This document shows, piece by piece, positions 28,660 through 38,449 of a stretch of DNA of 64,000 bases (positions within the stretch are counted from its first letter, which is position 1; every line of letters begins with the position of its first letter). The DNA lies in sequence record SRR2962707_5488; one strand, written 5' to 3'. Both the position numbers and the translations under genes were made by a program. Below the pieces are notes generated by a model. The model was not told the DNA's origin. It searched no databases and saw only the letters and a program-made list of their open reading frames with translations.

Positions 28660-28995
28660 AGCCGGTAACGTCTGCGAATCCGGTAGATGGTCGAAGGAGA
28701 AGGTACGGTGTCGCGCCGTTCGCGCAAGGCGGCATGGATCTCGTAGCGGTTCATGTCGCGCTGGCGGCAAGCGACGATCTCGGCCTCGATGCCTTCGGGC
28801 TCACGCCGCTGCACAGGTCGCGATTGTAATATTTTCGGAAGGTCTGCGAGCAGGTCAAGTGATGGCGGTAGAAGGCCCCACCCGGCGGAACGTCGCCGAT
28901 CGACCAGCCTTGACCTCCTCATACTCCGCGATAAAAAACTGCCACTTCTGCAGGTAATTGCGTTCAATCGTCCGGTTGTGGCCCTTGTCGCGCAT
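28660..28995 (-). pseudogene. IS481-family-like transposase N-terminal fragment, frameshifted
   Basis: GGAGGG RBS and ATG 28995. Three frames give MRDKGHNRTIERNYLQKWQFFIAEYEEVKAGRS / FYRHHLTCSQTFRKYYNR / PEGIEAEIVACRQRDMNRYEIHAALRE...PSPSTIYRI. Confidence 0.65.
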
Positions 28996-29065
28996 CGAAC
29001 CCTCCGTTGCCAGAAACGGATTCAATCAGCGAAATTGTGGACATCCACAACGATGACGAAGTGGA

Positions 29066-30559
29066 TCAGGCGCGACGCTCACTTCGCGCGGTCTCGACGA
29101 TGTAGTCGTCGAGTGTCAGGTCGCGGAATTCGCGGCGCATGCGGCCGAGTGTACCGGGATAGAACGAGAGGACCCGGCCCGTCGCATCGCGATAGAAATT
29201 CTGGCAAGGGCCCGTCCAACTCATTTTTTGTAGTTCGGGTTGAATGGCGTCGTTGTAGCGCCTCACGACTTCGGGCTTGATTTCTATGGAGCGCAGGTTG
29301 CGTTGCCCGATATCCTTGATGCGCTTGACGATATAGTCTGTTTCCACCTCGGCGGAGGCGAACAGCGCAGTATAGGCAACGACGCCGTTGAGGCCGCAGA
29401 TGGTGAAGTAATTCGGAAATCCGGAGAAGGCAACGCCGCGATAGCTCTCAGGACGCGACATCATGCTCTGCATGAGCGTGACGCCGCCGCGACCGGCGAC
29501 CTGCACCGCGGGCCGCCCGTCGGCGCGCGCACCTAGCTTGTATCCGGTGCAGAATATGACGGCGTCGACCTCGATTTCGCGCCCGCTGACCGTCGCCGCG
29601 CCGTTTTGCGAGAGGCGGGCGATGCCTTCGGGCACCAGTTCCACATGGTCTTTGGCCAGGGCCGGGTAGAAATCGTCCGCGACCAAAATCCGCTTGCAGC
29701 CGGGGTCGTGGTCGGGCGTCAGACGTTTGATCAATTCGGGATTCTTGATGTGCGCCTTCATGTTGTGCATACCGACCGCGCGCAGAAAGGCGATCGCCGC
29801 CGGCTGCTTCTTGTGCGCCTGATAGGTCACCAATGACCGGCGATAGAGTTGCTGGCGATGCTTGCTCAATGCGCCTGCCGCATCGCGGGCAAAAGCGTCC
29901 TTCGCCGCATCGTCGTAGGCGGCGTTCATGCGTGGCACGATCCAGTTAGGCGTGCGCTGAAACACATAGAGCTTTGAGGCGAGACTGGCCACATGGGGTA
30001 CAACCGTTACCGCGCTGGCCGCGCTTCCGACCACGGCGACGCGCTTATCCTTCAGATCGTAATCGTGACGCCAGGCAGCGGAATGAAACCAGGTTCCCTG
30101 GAAATCGTCGAAACCTTCGATGCGCGGCAGGTTCGGCTCGGTTAGTCCGCCGGTTGCTGAAACGACGACGCGGTGATTGGTCGTACTGCCGTCTTGCATT
30201 TCGAGCGCCCACGATCCGTCTTCTTCGCGGTAACGCACCTTCTCGATACAGGTACCGAGCCGTAGATGGTCGAACAGGCCGTACTTTTCGGCACAGCCGC
30301 GCAGGTAGGCTTTGATCTCTGGCTGGCCCGCGTAGAGCAAACTCCAATTGGCGTTGGGCTCGAACGAATAGGCGTAAAGATGCGAGGGCACGTCGCAGTG
30401 CAAACCCGGCCACGTATTGAAATTCCAGGTGCCGCCGACGTCGCCAGCTTTTTCATAGATGACGAAATCGTCTATGCCGGCCCGCTTGAGCTGAATGCCC
30501 ATCAGAATACCGCTCAGACCCGCGCCGATCACCCCGACGCTCACGCTCTTCTTTGGCAT
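29066..30559 (-). CDS. Flavin-containing monooxygenase, Baeyer-Villiger type
   Basis: GAGLSG, GGTW...WPGLHCDVPSHLY, fingerprint FQGTWFHSAAW, second Rossmann GSAASA, FQRTPNW, GCKR. Confidence 0.9.
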   Translation of the reverse strand: MPKKSVSVGVIGAGLSGILMGIQLKRAGIDDFVIYEKAGDVGGTWNFNTWPGLHCDVPSHLYAYSFEPNANWSLLYAGQPEIKAYLRGCAEKYGLFDHLRLGTCIEKVRYREEDGSWALEMQDGSTTNHRVVVSATGGLTEPNLPRIEGFDDFQGTWFHSAAWRHDYDLKDKRVAVVGSAASAVTVVPHVASLASKLYVFQRTPNWIVPRMNAAYDDAAKDAFARDAAGALSKHRQQLYRRSLVTYQAHKKQPAAIAFLRAVGMHNMKAHIKNPELIKRLTPDHDPGCKRILVADDFYPALAKDHVELVPEGIARLSQNGAATVSGREIEVDAVIFCTGYKLGARADGRPAVQVAGRGGVTLMQSMMSRPESYRGVAFSGFPNYFTICGLNGVVAYTALFASAEVETDYIVKRIKDIGQRNLRSIEIKPEVVRRYNDAIQPELQKMSWTGPCQNFYRDATGRVLSFYPGTLGRMRREFRDLTLDDYIVETARSERRA

Positions 30560-30570
30560 GATGATTCCCG

Positions 30571-31884
30571 TTACTTCGTCATGTAATCGCGCAACGTATT
30601 GCCCTCGTATTCGCTGCGGAAGACGCCGCGCTTCTGAAGCACGGGTATAAGCTTGTCGACAATGTCGTCGAAAAATTGCGGTGCGTAATAGGCCGGGGTA
30701 ATCTGGAAGCCGTCGCCGCCGCCTTCGTCGATCAGGTGCATCATGTAGTCGGCGACCTGGTCCGGCGTTCCCGCCATCGCATTATCGTCGCTGCCCGAGA
30801 GATAGCTGCCGGCGATGTCGCGCAGCGTGATGTTGGGATTCTGCCTCGAATAGGTTTCGAACATGCCCTTCGTACCGGTAACATCAAGCCCCGCAAGTTC
30901 GGATACGGGCGTATCGACGTCGAAACGCGTCAGATCGGTATTGAAATGGCCGGACATCAGCGCCAGCGACGCTTCGAGAGGAATGCGGGCGCGAATTTCC
31001 TTGATTCGGTCGCGCGCTTCGGACTCGGAATCGGCAATCAGCGGCTGGGCGCCCCAGATGATCTTGATCTCGTCTGGATTGCGCCCCGCGCGATCCGCGC
31101 GCGTCTTGATGTCGTCGCAGAATTCGCGCATTTGCTTGACGCCCGTCCCGACCGCGAAAATGCAATCGGCATGCTTGATGGCGAAATCGCGGCCGCGCTC
31201 GGAGGACCCCGCCTGAAACAGATAGGGGCGCCCCTGCGGGGAAGGGATGACGGTAAGCGGCCCCTGGCATTTAAACCATTTGCCGACGTGGTCGATCTTC
31301 CGAACCTTGTCGGGGTCGGCGAAAATCTTGCGCTCCATGTCCATGAGCATCGCCCCGGGCTCCCAGCTGCCCCAGAGCTTGTAGCAAACCTCCATGAACT
31401 CCTCGGCGCGGTCGTACCGCAATTCGTGCGGCGGCAATTCGTCCATGCCGAAATTCTTGGCCTCGCCAGAGGATATCGAACAGACGATGTTCCAGCCCAC
31501 GCGGCCCTTCGAAATGTGATCGAGCGAAGACAATTTGCGCGCCACCATGTAGGGTTCGTAAAACGTTGTCGACATGGTTACGGCCAGGCCGAGCTTCGGC
31601 GCGACTGCGGCGAGATATGGCAGTAACGTCACGGGATCGTGGGTGGGAAATTGAATCGCGTATTTTACGCTCGGTTCGTTGACTCCGCCCGCCCAACCGT
31701 CGGCGAAGAAGAACATGTCGAACTTGCCGCGTTCGAGCGTCTTGGCGATCGCAGTCCAATACTCGATTTCGTACCATTTGCCCGCGGTCATCTTTTCCGG
31801 CGGGTAGACCCATGACATGATCATGTGCGGTGCCGGGCAGTATAGCATGAAGCCCGTCAAATGAATTTTCTTGTTCGCGCGCAT
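30571..31884 (-). CDS. NtaA/DmoA/DszA-type FMNH2-dependent monooxygenase
   Basis: LERGKFDMFFFAD, LDHISKGRVGWN, RYDRAEEF, SPQGRPYLFQAGSSERGRDFA, LQKRGVFRSEYEGNTLRD. Confidence 0.92.
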   Translation of the reverse strand: MRANKKIHLTGFMLYCPAPHMIMSWVYPPEKMTAGKWYEIEYWTAIAKTLERGKFDMFFFADGWAGGVNEPSVKYAIQFPTHDPVTLLPYLAAVAPKLGLAVTMSTTFYEPYMVARKLSSLDHISKGRVGWNIVCSISSGEAKNFGMDELPPHELRYDRAEEFMEVCYKLWGSWEPGAMLMDMERKIFADPDKVRKIDHVGKWFKCQGPLTVIPSPQGRPYLFQAGSSERGRDFAIKHADCIFAVGTGVKQMREFCDDIKTRADRAGRNPDEIKIIWGAQPLIADSESEARDRIKEIRARIPLEASLALMSGHFNTDLTRFDVDTPVSELAGLDVTGTKGMFETYSRQNPNITLRDIAGSYLSGSDDNAMAGTPDQVADYMMHLIDEGGGDGFQITPAYYAPQFFDDIVDKLIPVLQKRGVFRSEYEGNTLRDYMTK

Positions 31885-32747
31885 TATTTGACACTCGCCT
31901 GGTAAAACGGACGGTCGCCTTCAACGGTCACGCGGTGCATACAGCGCTCCTGCGGCCAATAATCGGCAAGCGCATAATGCTGGGTGCAGCGGTTGTCCCA
32001 GAATGCGATGGAATTCTCGCGCCAACGAAAGCGGCATTGGAACTCTGGCGTGGTGATGTGCGCGTAGAGAAATTGCAGCAGCGCGCGGCTCTCGAGCTCT
32101 TTCATGTCCTTGATGCGCAGCGTGAACGAGGAATTGACGAACAGCGCCTGGCGCCCGGTGACCGGGTGCGTACGCACAACAGGATGCTCCATCAGCGGCC
32201 ACTCCGCGCGCGCTTTCTTGACGGCTTGCGCCTTTTCGAGCGGGTCCATTTTGCTGCGGTCGCTGAAAAAGACGTGTTCGAAATCGTGGTACGCCACCAG
32301 ATCGGTGAGGAAGCGCTGCATCTTGTCTGACAGGGCCTCGAAGGCCGCGTACATGGAGGCCCACATCGTGTCGCCGCCGTTGTCGGGCAGGCGCTCTGCT
32401 TTGAGGATCGAGCCCATCGCGGGACGCTCCATGAACGTCACGTCAGTGTGCCAGACATTGATGTTGGGCGGGTGATCCTTGTCGTTGCGGATGACCAAGA
32501 TCTCCTTGTGGCCGGGAAGCGACGGCGCGAAGGGGTGCAAATTTAGCTCGCCAAATTTGCGGCCGAACTCGATGTGTTGGGCGGGCGTTATGTCCTGGTC
32601 GCGGAAAAATATAACGCCATGATGCATGAGTGCGTCGTGAACCTCTCGAAAGGCCTCGTTGCCAAGGGGACGGGTGAGATCAATACCCGAAATCTCGGCG
32701 CCGACATGGGCTCCGAGTTTTTCGACGGCGATGCTCTGACTGGTCAT
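31884..32747 (-). CDS. tauD: TauD-family 2-oxoglutarate/Fe(II) dioxygenase (taurine/alkylsulfate dioxygenase-like)
   Basis: GAEISGIDL, WHTDVTF, GGDTMW, HPVVRTHP, WDNRCTQHYA. Substrate not established. Confidence 0.85.
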   Translation of the reverse strand: MTSQSIAVEKLGAHVGAEISGIDLTRPLGNEAFREVHDALMHHGVIFFRDQDITPAQHIEFGRKFGELNLHPFAPSLPGHKEILVIRNDKDHPPNINVWHTDVTFMERPAMGSILKAERLPDNGGDTMWASMYAAFEALSDKMQRFLTDLVAYHDFEHVFFSDRSKMDPLEKAQAVKKARAEWPLMEHPVVRTHPVTGRQALFVNSSFTLRIKDMKELESRALLQFLYAHITTPEFQCRFRWRENSIAFWDNRCTQHYALADYWPQERCMHRVTVEGDRPFYQASVK

Positions 32748-33439
32748 GTTTTTCTCCTCCTCCGGTCACCTTTTGGGCCGCCCTTCGACCGGTTCGTTGC
32801 GGTCGGGTCGGGAACAGGATCCGGCTCCAACGCGCCGAGCAGGCGGCCGAGCGCCTCGTCGGTCCGCCAATCGAAGTCGGCCACCGACGTGCCCATCTCG
32901 CGCGCCAGTTGTTTTCGGAACAACACGAAGCCGTAGCCGAGACAGGTGATCAGAGCCACCATCGCCGGGCCATCGATATCCTCTTTCACTTTTTCGTCGC
33001 GCTGGTCGCGCTCCAGATTCTCCAGCCAATCCGCAAGCAACGGCATCAGCGAGAGAGGCCCACCGCGGTCGAGCAGTAGAAGCGTCACGAGACGGATAGC
33101 TTCTTCGTGACCGACCAGCGTTCTGAGCAACTGCCGCACCCGGTTGGGGAAGGGCAGCGAGCTGCCCGCACTGATCTCGGCCAAGCGCGGCGCGAGGTTG
33201 CGCTTGAGCGTCGTGCGCAAAAGCTCCTCGCGCGATCCATAATAGTGGTAGACCAAACCGCGATTGATCCCGGCCCGGTCGGCAACCTCGCGCAGATTAA
33301 GACCGGCCAACGCGCCGTTTTCGCGCAACAGCGCCAAGGCCGCCTCCTCGAGCGCCGCCTCCCGCGCCGCACGGCTGGCCGACCCGCGCTTTTGATGTTC
33401 AGCGATGGAAACGGGCTCCTTTTTGACGGCGCCGGACAT
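32744..33439 (-). CDS. TetR/AcrR-family regulator
   Basis: LNLREVADRAGINRGLVYHYYGSREELL HTH. Confidence 0.9.
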   Translation of the reverse strand: MSGAVKKEPVSIAEHQKRGSASRAAREAALEEAALALLRENGALAGLNLREVADRAGINRGLVYHYYGSREELLRTTLKRNLAPRLAEISAGSSLPFPNRVRQLLRTLVGHEEAIRLVTLLLLDRGGPLSLMPLLADWLENLERDQRDEKVKEDIDGPAMVALITCLGYGFVLFRKQLAREMGTSVADFDWRTDEALGRLLGALEPDPVPDPTATNRSKGGPKGDRRRRKT

Positions 33440-33442
33440 GGC

Positions 33443-34615
33443 CTAGTCCTTCCAGGATAGATCGTACAATTGGTCGAAGGCCAAGCCCCAGGGTGGGCGC
33501 AAGAACCCGAGCGCGCGCACGTCCTGGCCCCACTGTCCCAAGGGCGCGCTACGCGAGAAGGAGCTGCCGCCCACGACTTTGCTCATCCGTGCGAGGCACA
33601 CCTCGGCAAGTTCGGCAACAATCGCCTTGCCCCGTGCGCTGGCCGCGACCCCGCCCGTGCCGCTTTCCACCGCCGCGACCATGCCCTCGTGAATTTGAAG
33701 GATCGTCCAAACTTCGTTCACCGCGCGTGCCCACTCGACCCGCTCGAAGCTGCGCAGCCCATCCTTGCGCGGCTGAAGTTTGCCGCGCGCATAGGCGAGC
33801 GCGCTTTCTATCACGCCGACGACCACGGCGGTGAACATGCAAGCGCCGAGTTGAGCCGCGGCCGGCGAGCTTTGAGCAACGCCCCCAGGCCAGGCCATTT
33901 GCGTTGCCTCAACGCCGTCGAAGTGGAACGCATGGCTCTGCGTCGCGCTCATTCCGTGCCCGTCCCATTCGGCCGCGAGCGTCACACCCTTCGATCCGTC
34001 CCACGGCATGTCGCGCATATCCATGAAGAACATGGAAGGAGCGGCATCTTGCGCCACTTTGGCCGTCGTGATCATGAACGACGTGATGCCGGAGCCGGAG
34101 CCGAAATGTTTCTCGCCCGTGAGGCAGAAGGAGCCCGGCGCGCCCGCCGGCTGGGCAAGGGTTCGCGTTTTCATGATGTCGCCGCCGCTGCCCGGCTCCG
34201 ACGTCACGGTTCCCCACCAATGTCCCTCGCGCGCCGTGCCGAAGCACCAATTGCGTTGCTCTTGCCAGGCGGCGTCCTCCGGCGGCGGCGCGTTTTCGGC
34301 GGCAAGCCAAAACACAAGCACCGTCGGATGCATCGAAGCGACCAGCGCCACGGCCGGATCGCCGCTCGCAATAATTCGTACCATGTCGCAATAAAGGCGC
34401 ACCGAGCTTTGCGTGTCGCTCCATAGCCCGCCCATCGAAGCCGGGATGCCGGTGCGCAGAAAACCCGCTTCGGCCAGCCGGTCAAAATCGGTGCGCTCCA
34501 GATGGCGGCGGGCTTGGCGCGCCTGGCGATCGGCGGCAAAATCGGCGGCGATTGCTTTCAACTCCGACAGGATTGGCGCCGCCTCGGGGCGTTGTCTCGC
34601 GGTCGCTGCGTTCAT
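33443..34615 (-). CDS. Acyl-CoA-dehydrogenase-fold protein (DszC/SfnB-like flavin monooxygenase candidate)
   Basis: SEPGSGG, LTGEKHFGSGS, WDGHGMSATQSH, GQDVRALGF. Start 34615 or 34657. Confidence 0.75.
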   Translation of the reverse strand: MNAATARQRPEAAPILSELKAIAADFAADRQARQARRHLERTDFDRLAEAGFLRTGIPASMGGLWSDTQSSVRLYCDMVRIIASGDPAVALVASMHPTVLVFWLAAENAPPPEDAAWQEQRNWCFGTAREGHWWGTVTSEPGSGGDIMKTRTLAQPAGAPGSFCLTGEKHFGSGSGITSFMITTAKVAQDAAPSMFFMDMRDMPWDGSKGVTLAAEWDGHGMSATQSHAFHFDGVEATQMAWPGGVAQSSPAAAQLGACMFTAVVVGVIESALAYARGKLQPRKDGLRSFERVEWARAVNEVWTILQIHEGMVAAVESGTGGVAASARGKAIVAELAEVCLARMSKVVGGSSFSRSAPLGQWGQDVRALGFLRPPWGLAFDQLYDLSWKD

Positions 34616-34688
34616 TCCATTGCGCTCCGTTTCGGCGTATGGCGAGATGCCGGACATTCGGATACCGGCACGGTCGCGGAAAATCTAC

Positions 34689-34731
34689 GGCACATATGTG
34701 TGCGTTTCAGGTAATTAGCGCTTCGCTAAAC
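34689..34731. promoter_or_regulatory. Adjacent operators CACATATGTG and TTAGCG-N3-CGCTAA upstream of the oxygenase operon
   Basis: Palindrome at 34691-34700 and TAATTAGCGCTTCGCTAAAC at 34712-34731. Confidence 0.6.
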
Positions 34732-34768
34732 AGATGATAAAGCGGCGTTCGTCGGCCCCCCGCCGCGT

Positions 34769-35791
34769 CTATTTGACGGCCGGTAGTTTGGGTGCTTTTT
34801 GGCTCCACCAATTCATGTCGTAGCCGCGATCCTGGAACGCCGCCGGCCGCTCGCCAATCTTGTCGGTGGCAAGCCAGAGGCGTTTCAAGTGACGCTTCTT
34901 GTCGTCTTCGTCGTGATCGACATAGTCGGTGCGTGAGTGAAAGATGACGTAGTTGTTGATGAACTGCATGTCCCCCACGTGCAGTTCCATGTCGAGCCGG
35001 AACTCCTCGTTGACGGTCAGCGCATCGAGGGCGTCGAGCGCTTCGCGTTCAGACGCCGTCAGACGCGGCACTTCGGCAATGCGCTGTGCGCTATCGATAT
35101 ATCCGCGGATGTAGCGATTGAAGAGCCGGCCCTGGTGCAGCGTGAATGTCGGGGCCGCGTAATACGGTTTGGTGCCGGGCTCCTGCTCGCCGCGCCAATC
35201 GTAACAGAAGGGTTCGTAGTGCCGCGCCAACAAATCAGGCCGTGTGCGCGCCAACTCGTTGTGGCAAGCGACGGAACTGACGATGCTGCTCAATCCACCG
35301 CTCTTGGCGCTACGCAGACACAACAGTCCCACCAAATCCGAGCCGTCGGTGTGAAAGGGCAGCGCCACGCGCGTTTGATAGCCGCGAACGGTGTGATCGA
35401 GGATGCTGCGCCCCGTGTCGCGGACGTCGCCCAGCACGTCGCCTTGTGCATTTTGTGGCCATGGTCTGCCGATGTGAGTGCCGAGGCCCCAGAAAACCGT
35501 GCCCGCATCTTCCTTGGAGTAGTCTTGCGTGGGAAAGCCGCGAATGAGGATGAAGCCTCGACCATTGGCCAGTTCGTCTGTGATCCTGTCGATCGTGGCG
35601 CCGAAGGTCGGCAGCGGAAAATCCCCGCGGGCGACTTGAATGCCGGAAAGCCCTTTGCTCTTGGCATGTTTCAGCGCCGCGTCGATTTCGCGGATCTCGT
35701 TGGACGAAAGATGGTAGATCCAATCTTCGGTCTGACGCATGTCGTGCCCACGCCAGTCGGCTTTCGACGAAACTGCTGCGACCTTTTTCAT
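34769..35791 (-). CDS. TauD/TfdA-family dioxygenase (clavaminate-synthase-like subgroup)
   Basis: GRGFILIRG, RGYQT, FHTDGSDLVGLLC, GDMQFINNYVIFHSR, RHLKRLWL. ATG 35791 with RBS. Confidence 0.88.
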   Translation of the reverse strand: MKKVAAVSSKADWRGHDMRQTEDWIYHLSSNEIREIDAALKHAKSKGLSGIQVARGDFPLPTFGATIDRITDELANGRGFILIRGFPTQDYSKEDAGTVFWGLGTHIGRPWPQNAQGDVLGDVRDTGRSILDHTVRGYQTRVALPFHTDGSDLVGLLCLRSAKSGGLSSIVSSVACHNELARTRPDLLARHYEPFCYDWRGEQEPGTKPYYAAPTFTLHQGRLFNRYIRGYIDSAQRIAEVPRLTASEREALDALDALTVNEEFRLDMELHVGDMQFINNYVIFHSRTDYVDHDEDDKKRHLKRLWLATDKIGERPAAFQDRGYDMNWWSQKAPKLPAVK

Positions 35792-35883
35792 CGGGCATCC
35801 CTCTTGTTTATCAGGTTCCCCTGCGTGACGGCAGGCGCTCACGCGAAGGATCAACCTAGCCCCGCTAACGGTGATAGGCAAGA

Positions 35884-35903
35884 TAATTAGCGTTACGCTA
35901 AAC
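35884..35903. promoter_or_regulatory. Second TTAGCG-N3-CGCTAA operator
   Basis: TAATTAGCGTTACGCTAAAC, 18/20 identical to 34712-34731. Confidence 0.65.
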
Positions 35904-35909
35904 TCCGTC

Positions 35910-36236
35910 AATCAGCAAGACCGTCGGCGTCGGCGCAAGGGGAAATTGATAACAAGGCACTGGAGAGATCGAGCGCGGCATTGCTGGCGTTATGGCCGCC
36001 TTTGAGAGCATGGATCAGCCAGCGATGAAGGCATGGATGGACAAGCTGAAGCGCCAGAAGGCCGATCGCGCGAATAAAGGAAGTCAGCCCGACGTGCCCG
36101 ACATCCATTCCGACATGGCCGAAATCTATCGGCGAAGGGAGCAAGGCCTTGCGGCCGCGCTCGACGCGACGGTCTGGAGATGTGCACGGATGCAGCGGAG
36201 GCAATCCGTTCGTCGACGGACGAGGTTGTCTCACGG
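35910..36236 (+). pseudogene. C-terminal remnant of a large serine recombinase
   Basis: Across frames: IERGIAGVMAAFESMDQPAMKAWMDKLKRQKA...PDVPDIHSDMAEIYRR...LAAALD...DAAEAIRS..DEVV, which resembles the coiled-coil tail of alphaproteobacterial recombinase-family proteins. Confidence 0.65.
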
Positions 36237-36353
36237 CATTGGGAATTGCGGTGCTAGCCCAACCGTTATGTCCGCCGCAATGGCGTCATAGCGAGACCAA
36301 CACGCAAGTCCATCAATTCCCCGAGACGGGGGCGACCTCGGGAAAGGATTACG

Positions 36354-37442
36354 TCAAGCTACCTTGCGTTTTCTGTTCTTTTTCAGGACCGGTATGACGT
36401 GCTTGGCGAACGAACGCATGCTTTCGGCTGCCTCCTCATAGCTCATGCCGCCGAAAAGGAAGCAGGGATTGATATCGAATTCGCCTAAAAGCGACTTGCG
36501 ATATTCGAACTTCTCGACGATTTCCTGGGGCGTCCCCCAGGCCGTGACATCAAGATAGGTTTTGGCCATTCCCTCCTTGCCGAGCGCGCGAATGGCGCCG
36601 ACCGCATGAGCGTAGGACTCGTAGCCCTTGGCGTCTTTAAAATGCTCGCCGGCCAGTTCATAGTGATCGAGTACCGAAAGCAGATAGTTGGTCACATATT
36701 TCTGTCCCAGCTCCCTGGCGCGAGCCGGATCGGTGTCGCAATAGGTGAAGTCGCATATCATGATCGGCGGCGCGTCGTTGCCGTGCTGCTTCTTGTACGC
36801 AGCCTTGTATTCCTTGACGGCCTCGGCCTGGGCCTCCCATGGCTTTTGAGCGAAGATCACCATCCGCGCGCCCGCCTTCGCACACTGAAGAACGGATTCC
36901 GGCGACATGGCGACCTGATAGATGCGCCCCTTGAAGGAACCGCGCGGACTGGGACGGATTTCGATCCGCTTCTGCGGATAAAAGGGCCCGCTCCCCTCGA
37001 TGAAACCTGTCTCGAGAGCGTCGATGATCATCGGGCTTGCTTCATCGAAGCGTTGGCGCGCTTCGTCCATGTTCACGCCCATGCCGGCATATTCCTTGCG
37101 CGCCAGGCCGCGCCCCATCCCGAAGAGAGTCCGGCCTTGGCAAAGGTGATCTAGCAGGACAACCTTTTCCGCGATCCGAACGGGCACATTCCAAGGAAGG
37201 ATGACGGCGCCGGTGCCCAGCTTGATACGGTCGGTGCGCGCCGCCATGTAGCTCAGGAACTGGGTGTTGTCGGGACAAAACGAATAGTCCTCGAAATGAT
37301 GCTCGACGGGCCACAATGCGTCGAAGCCGAGTTTTTCCGCCAAAATTCCGAGACGGATTTCCTCGTCATAGACCTGCGCGTCGGTTACGCCGGAGTTGGC
37401 TCTGTCGAAGTTCTGAAAAACCATCTGAATGCCGAACTGCAT
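36354..37442 (-). CDS. LLM-class (luciferase-like) flavin-dependent oxidoreductase
   Basis: AEKLGFDALWPVEHHFEDY, IKLGTGAVILPW, LDHLCQGRTLFGMGRG. Confidence 0.92.
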   Translation of the reverse strand: MQFGIQMVFQNFDRANSGVTDAQVYDEEIRLGILAEKLGFDALWPVEHHFEDYSFCPDNTQFLSYMAARTDRIKLGTGAVILPWNVPVRIAEKVVLLDHLCQGRTLFGMGRGLARKEYAGMGVNMDEARQRFDEASPMIIDALETGFIEGSGPFYPQKRIEIRPSPRGSFKGRIYQVAMSPESVLQCAKAGARMVIFAQKPWEAQAEAVKEYKAAYKKQHGNDAPPIMICDFTYCDTDPARARELGQKYVTNYLLSVLDHYELAGEHFKDAKGYESYAHAVGAIRALGKEGMAKTYLDVTAWGTPQEIVEKFEYRKSLLGEFDINPCFLFGGMSYEEAAESMRSFAKHVIPVLKKNRKRKVA

Positions 37443-37481
37443 CGGAACATCTCCCTGTTGTAGCGATTTCGGTTTCTTGTC

Positions 37482-38294
37482 TCAGCGGCCCTTATAGTTT
37501 GGCTTCCGCTTCTCCATGAATGCCTTGGGCCCCTCGCGCGCATCCTCGGTCTTGAACACGGGTGCTGCGAAACGCGATTCCATACCCATCGCCTCGTGCT
37601 CAGGGTGGCCCAGGCATTCGCGGGCGGATTTACGAATCGCCTGAACGGCGATTGGTCCATTCGCGGCGATCTTCTCCGCGAGTTCGAATGCCGCGTCGAG
37701 CACCTGCTTCTGGGGAACGACGCGATTCAGGAATCCCAGATCGTAGGCTTCCTGTGCGCTGATCAGATCGCCGGTGAGCAGCAGTTCCATCGCCCTTGCA
37801 TAAGGTATCTGGCGCGGAAGGCGCACCGTTGAGCCGCCGCCCGGAAAAATCGCCCATTTGACTTCCTGCACACCGAGCTTTGCGGTATCCGCGGCGATAC
37901 GCATGTCAGTTCCTTGCGCCAGCTCCATTCCGCCCGCGACGGCAAAGCCGTTGATCGCGGCGATGACCGGCTTGGTCACATCGAATGTGCGCAACAAGCC
38001 CTTGGCCAGGATATTCGGGTCATCCAGTATTTTCTGGTCCCATTCGTTTTGCGGTTTGCGTGCGCCATTTATGAGCGGGATGAGCTGACCGAGATCCGCG
38101 CCTGAGCAAAACGCCTTGTCTCCGGCGCCGGTGACGATAGCGACGCGGATATTCACATCGTCGCGTACCTCTTCCCAATGACCGGCAAGCCTGACCAGCA
38201 TTTCCGGACTGAACGAATTGCGCGCTTCCGGGCGGTTGAGAGTGATCAAGGCGATATGCCCCCTTTTTTCGAGCAGGGCCGGTTCCGTCGTCAT
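37482..38294 (-). CDS. Enoyl-CoA hydratase/isomerase (crotonase)
   Basis: ITLNRPEARN, AFCSGADL, KPVIAAINGFAVAGGMEL, EDAREGPKAFMEKRKP. Confidence 0.93.
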   Translation of the reverse strand: MTTEPALLEKRGHIALITLNRPEARNSFSPEMLVRLAGHWEEVRDDVNIRVAIVTGAGDKAFCSGADLGQLIPLINGARKPQNEWDQKILDDPNILAKGLLRTFDVTKPVIAAINGFAVAGGMELAQGTDMRIAADTAKLGVQEVKWAIFPGGGSTVRLPRQIPYARAMELLLTGDLISAQEAYDLGFLNRVVPQKQVLDAAFELAEKIAANGPIAVQAIRKSARECLGHPEHEAMGMESRFAAPVFKTEDAREGPKAFMEKRKPNYKGR

Positions 38295-38313
38295 GTTCGC
38301 GTCTCCTCCGAAT

Positions 38314-38327
38314 AACACATATGTGTT
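38314..38327. promoter_or_regulatory. Perfect 14-bp palindrome AACACATATGTGTT in a divergent promoter
   Basis: Related sites at 34689 and 46691-46728. Confidence 0.6.
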
Positions 38328-38449
38328 GTTTGTCGCATGGATATAAATTTATCTGGACTTGGATCGCGCGGCCAGAGAAGATTTATGATCATGGATTGCC
38401 TAATTTGAAGTCGCGGCCTTGAAGCCAAATGCGACATGGGGGAGAGCCA

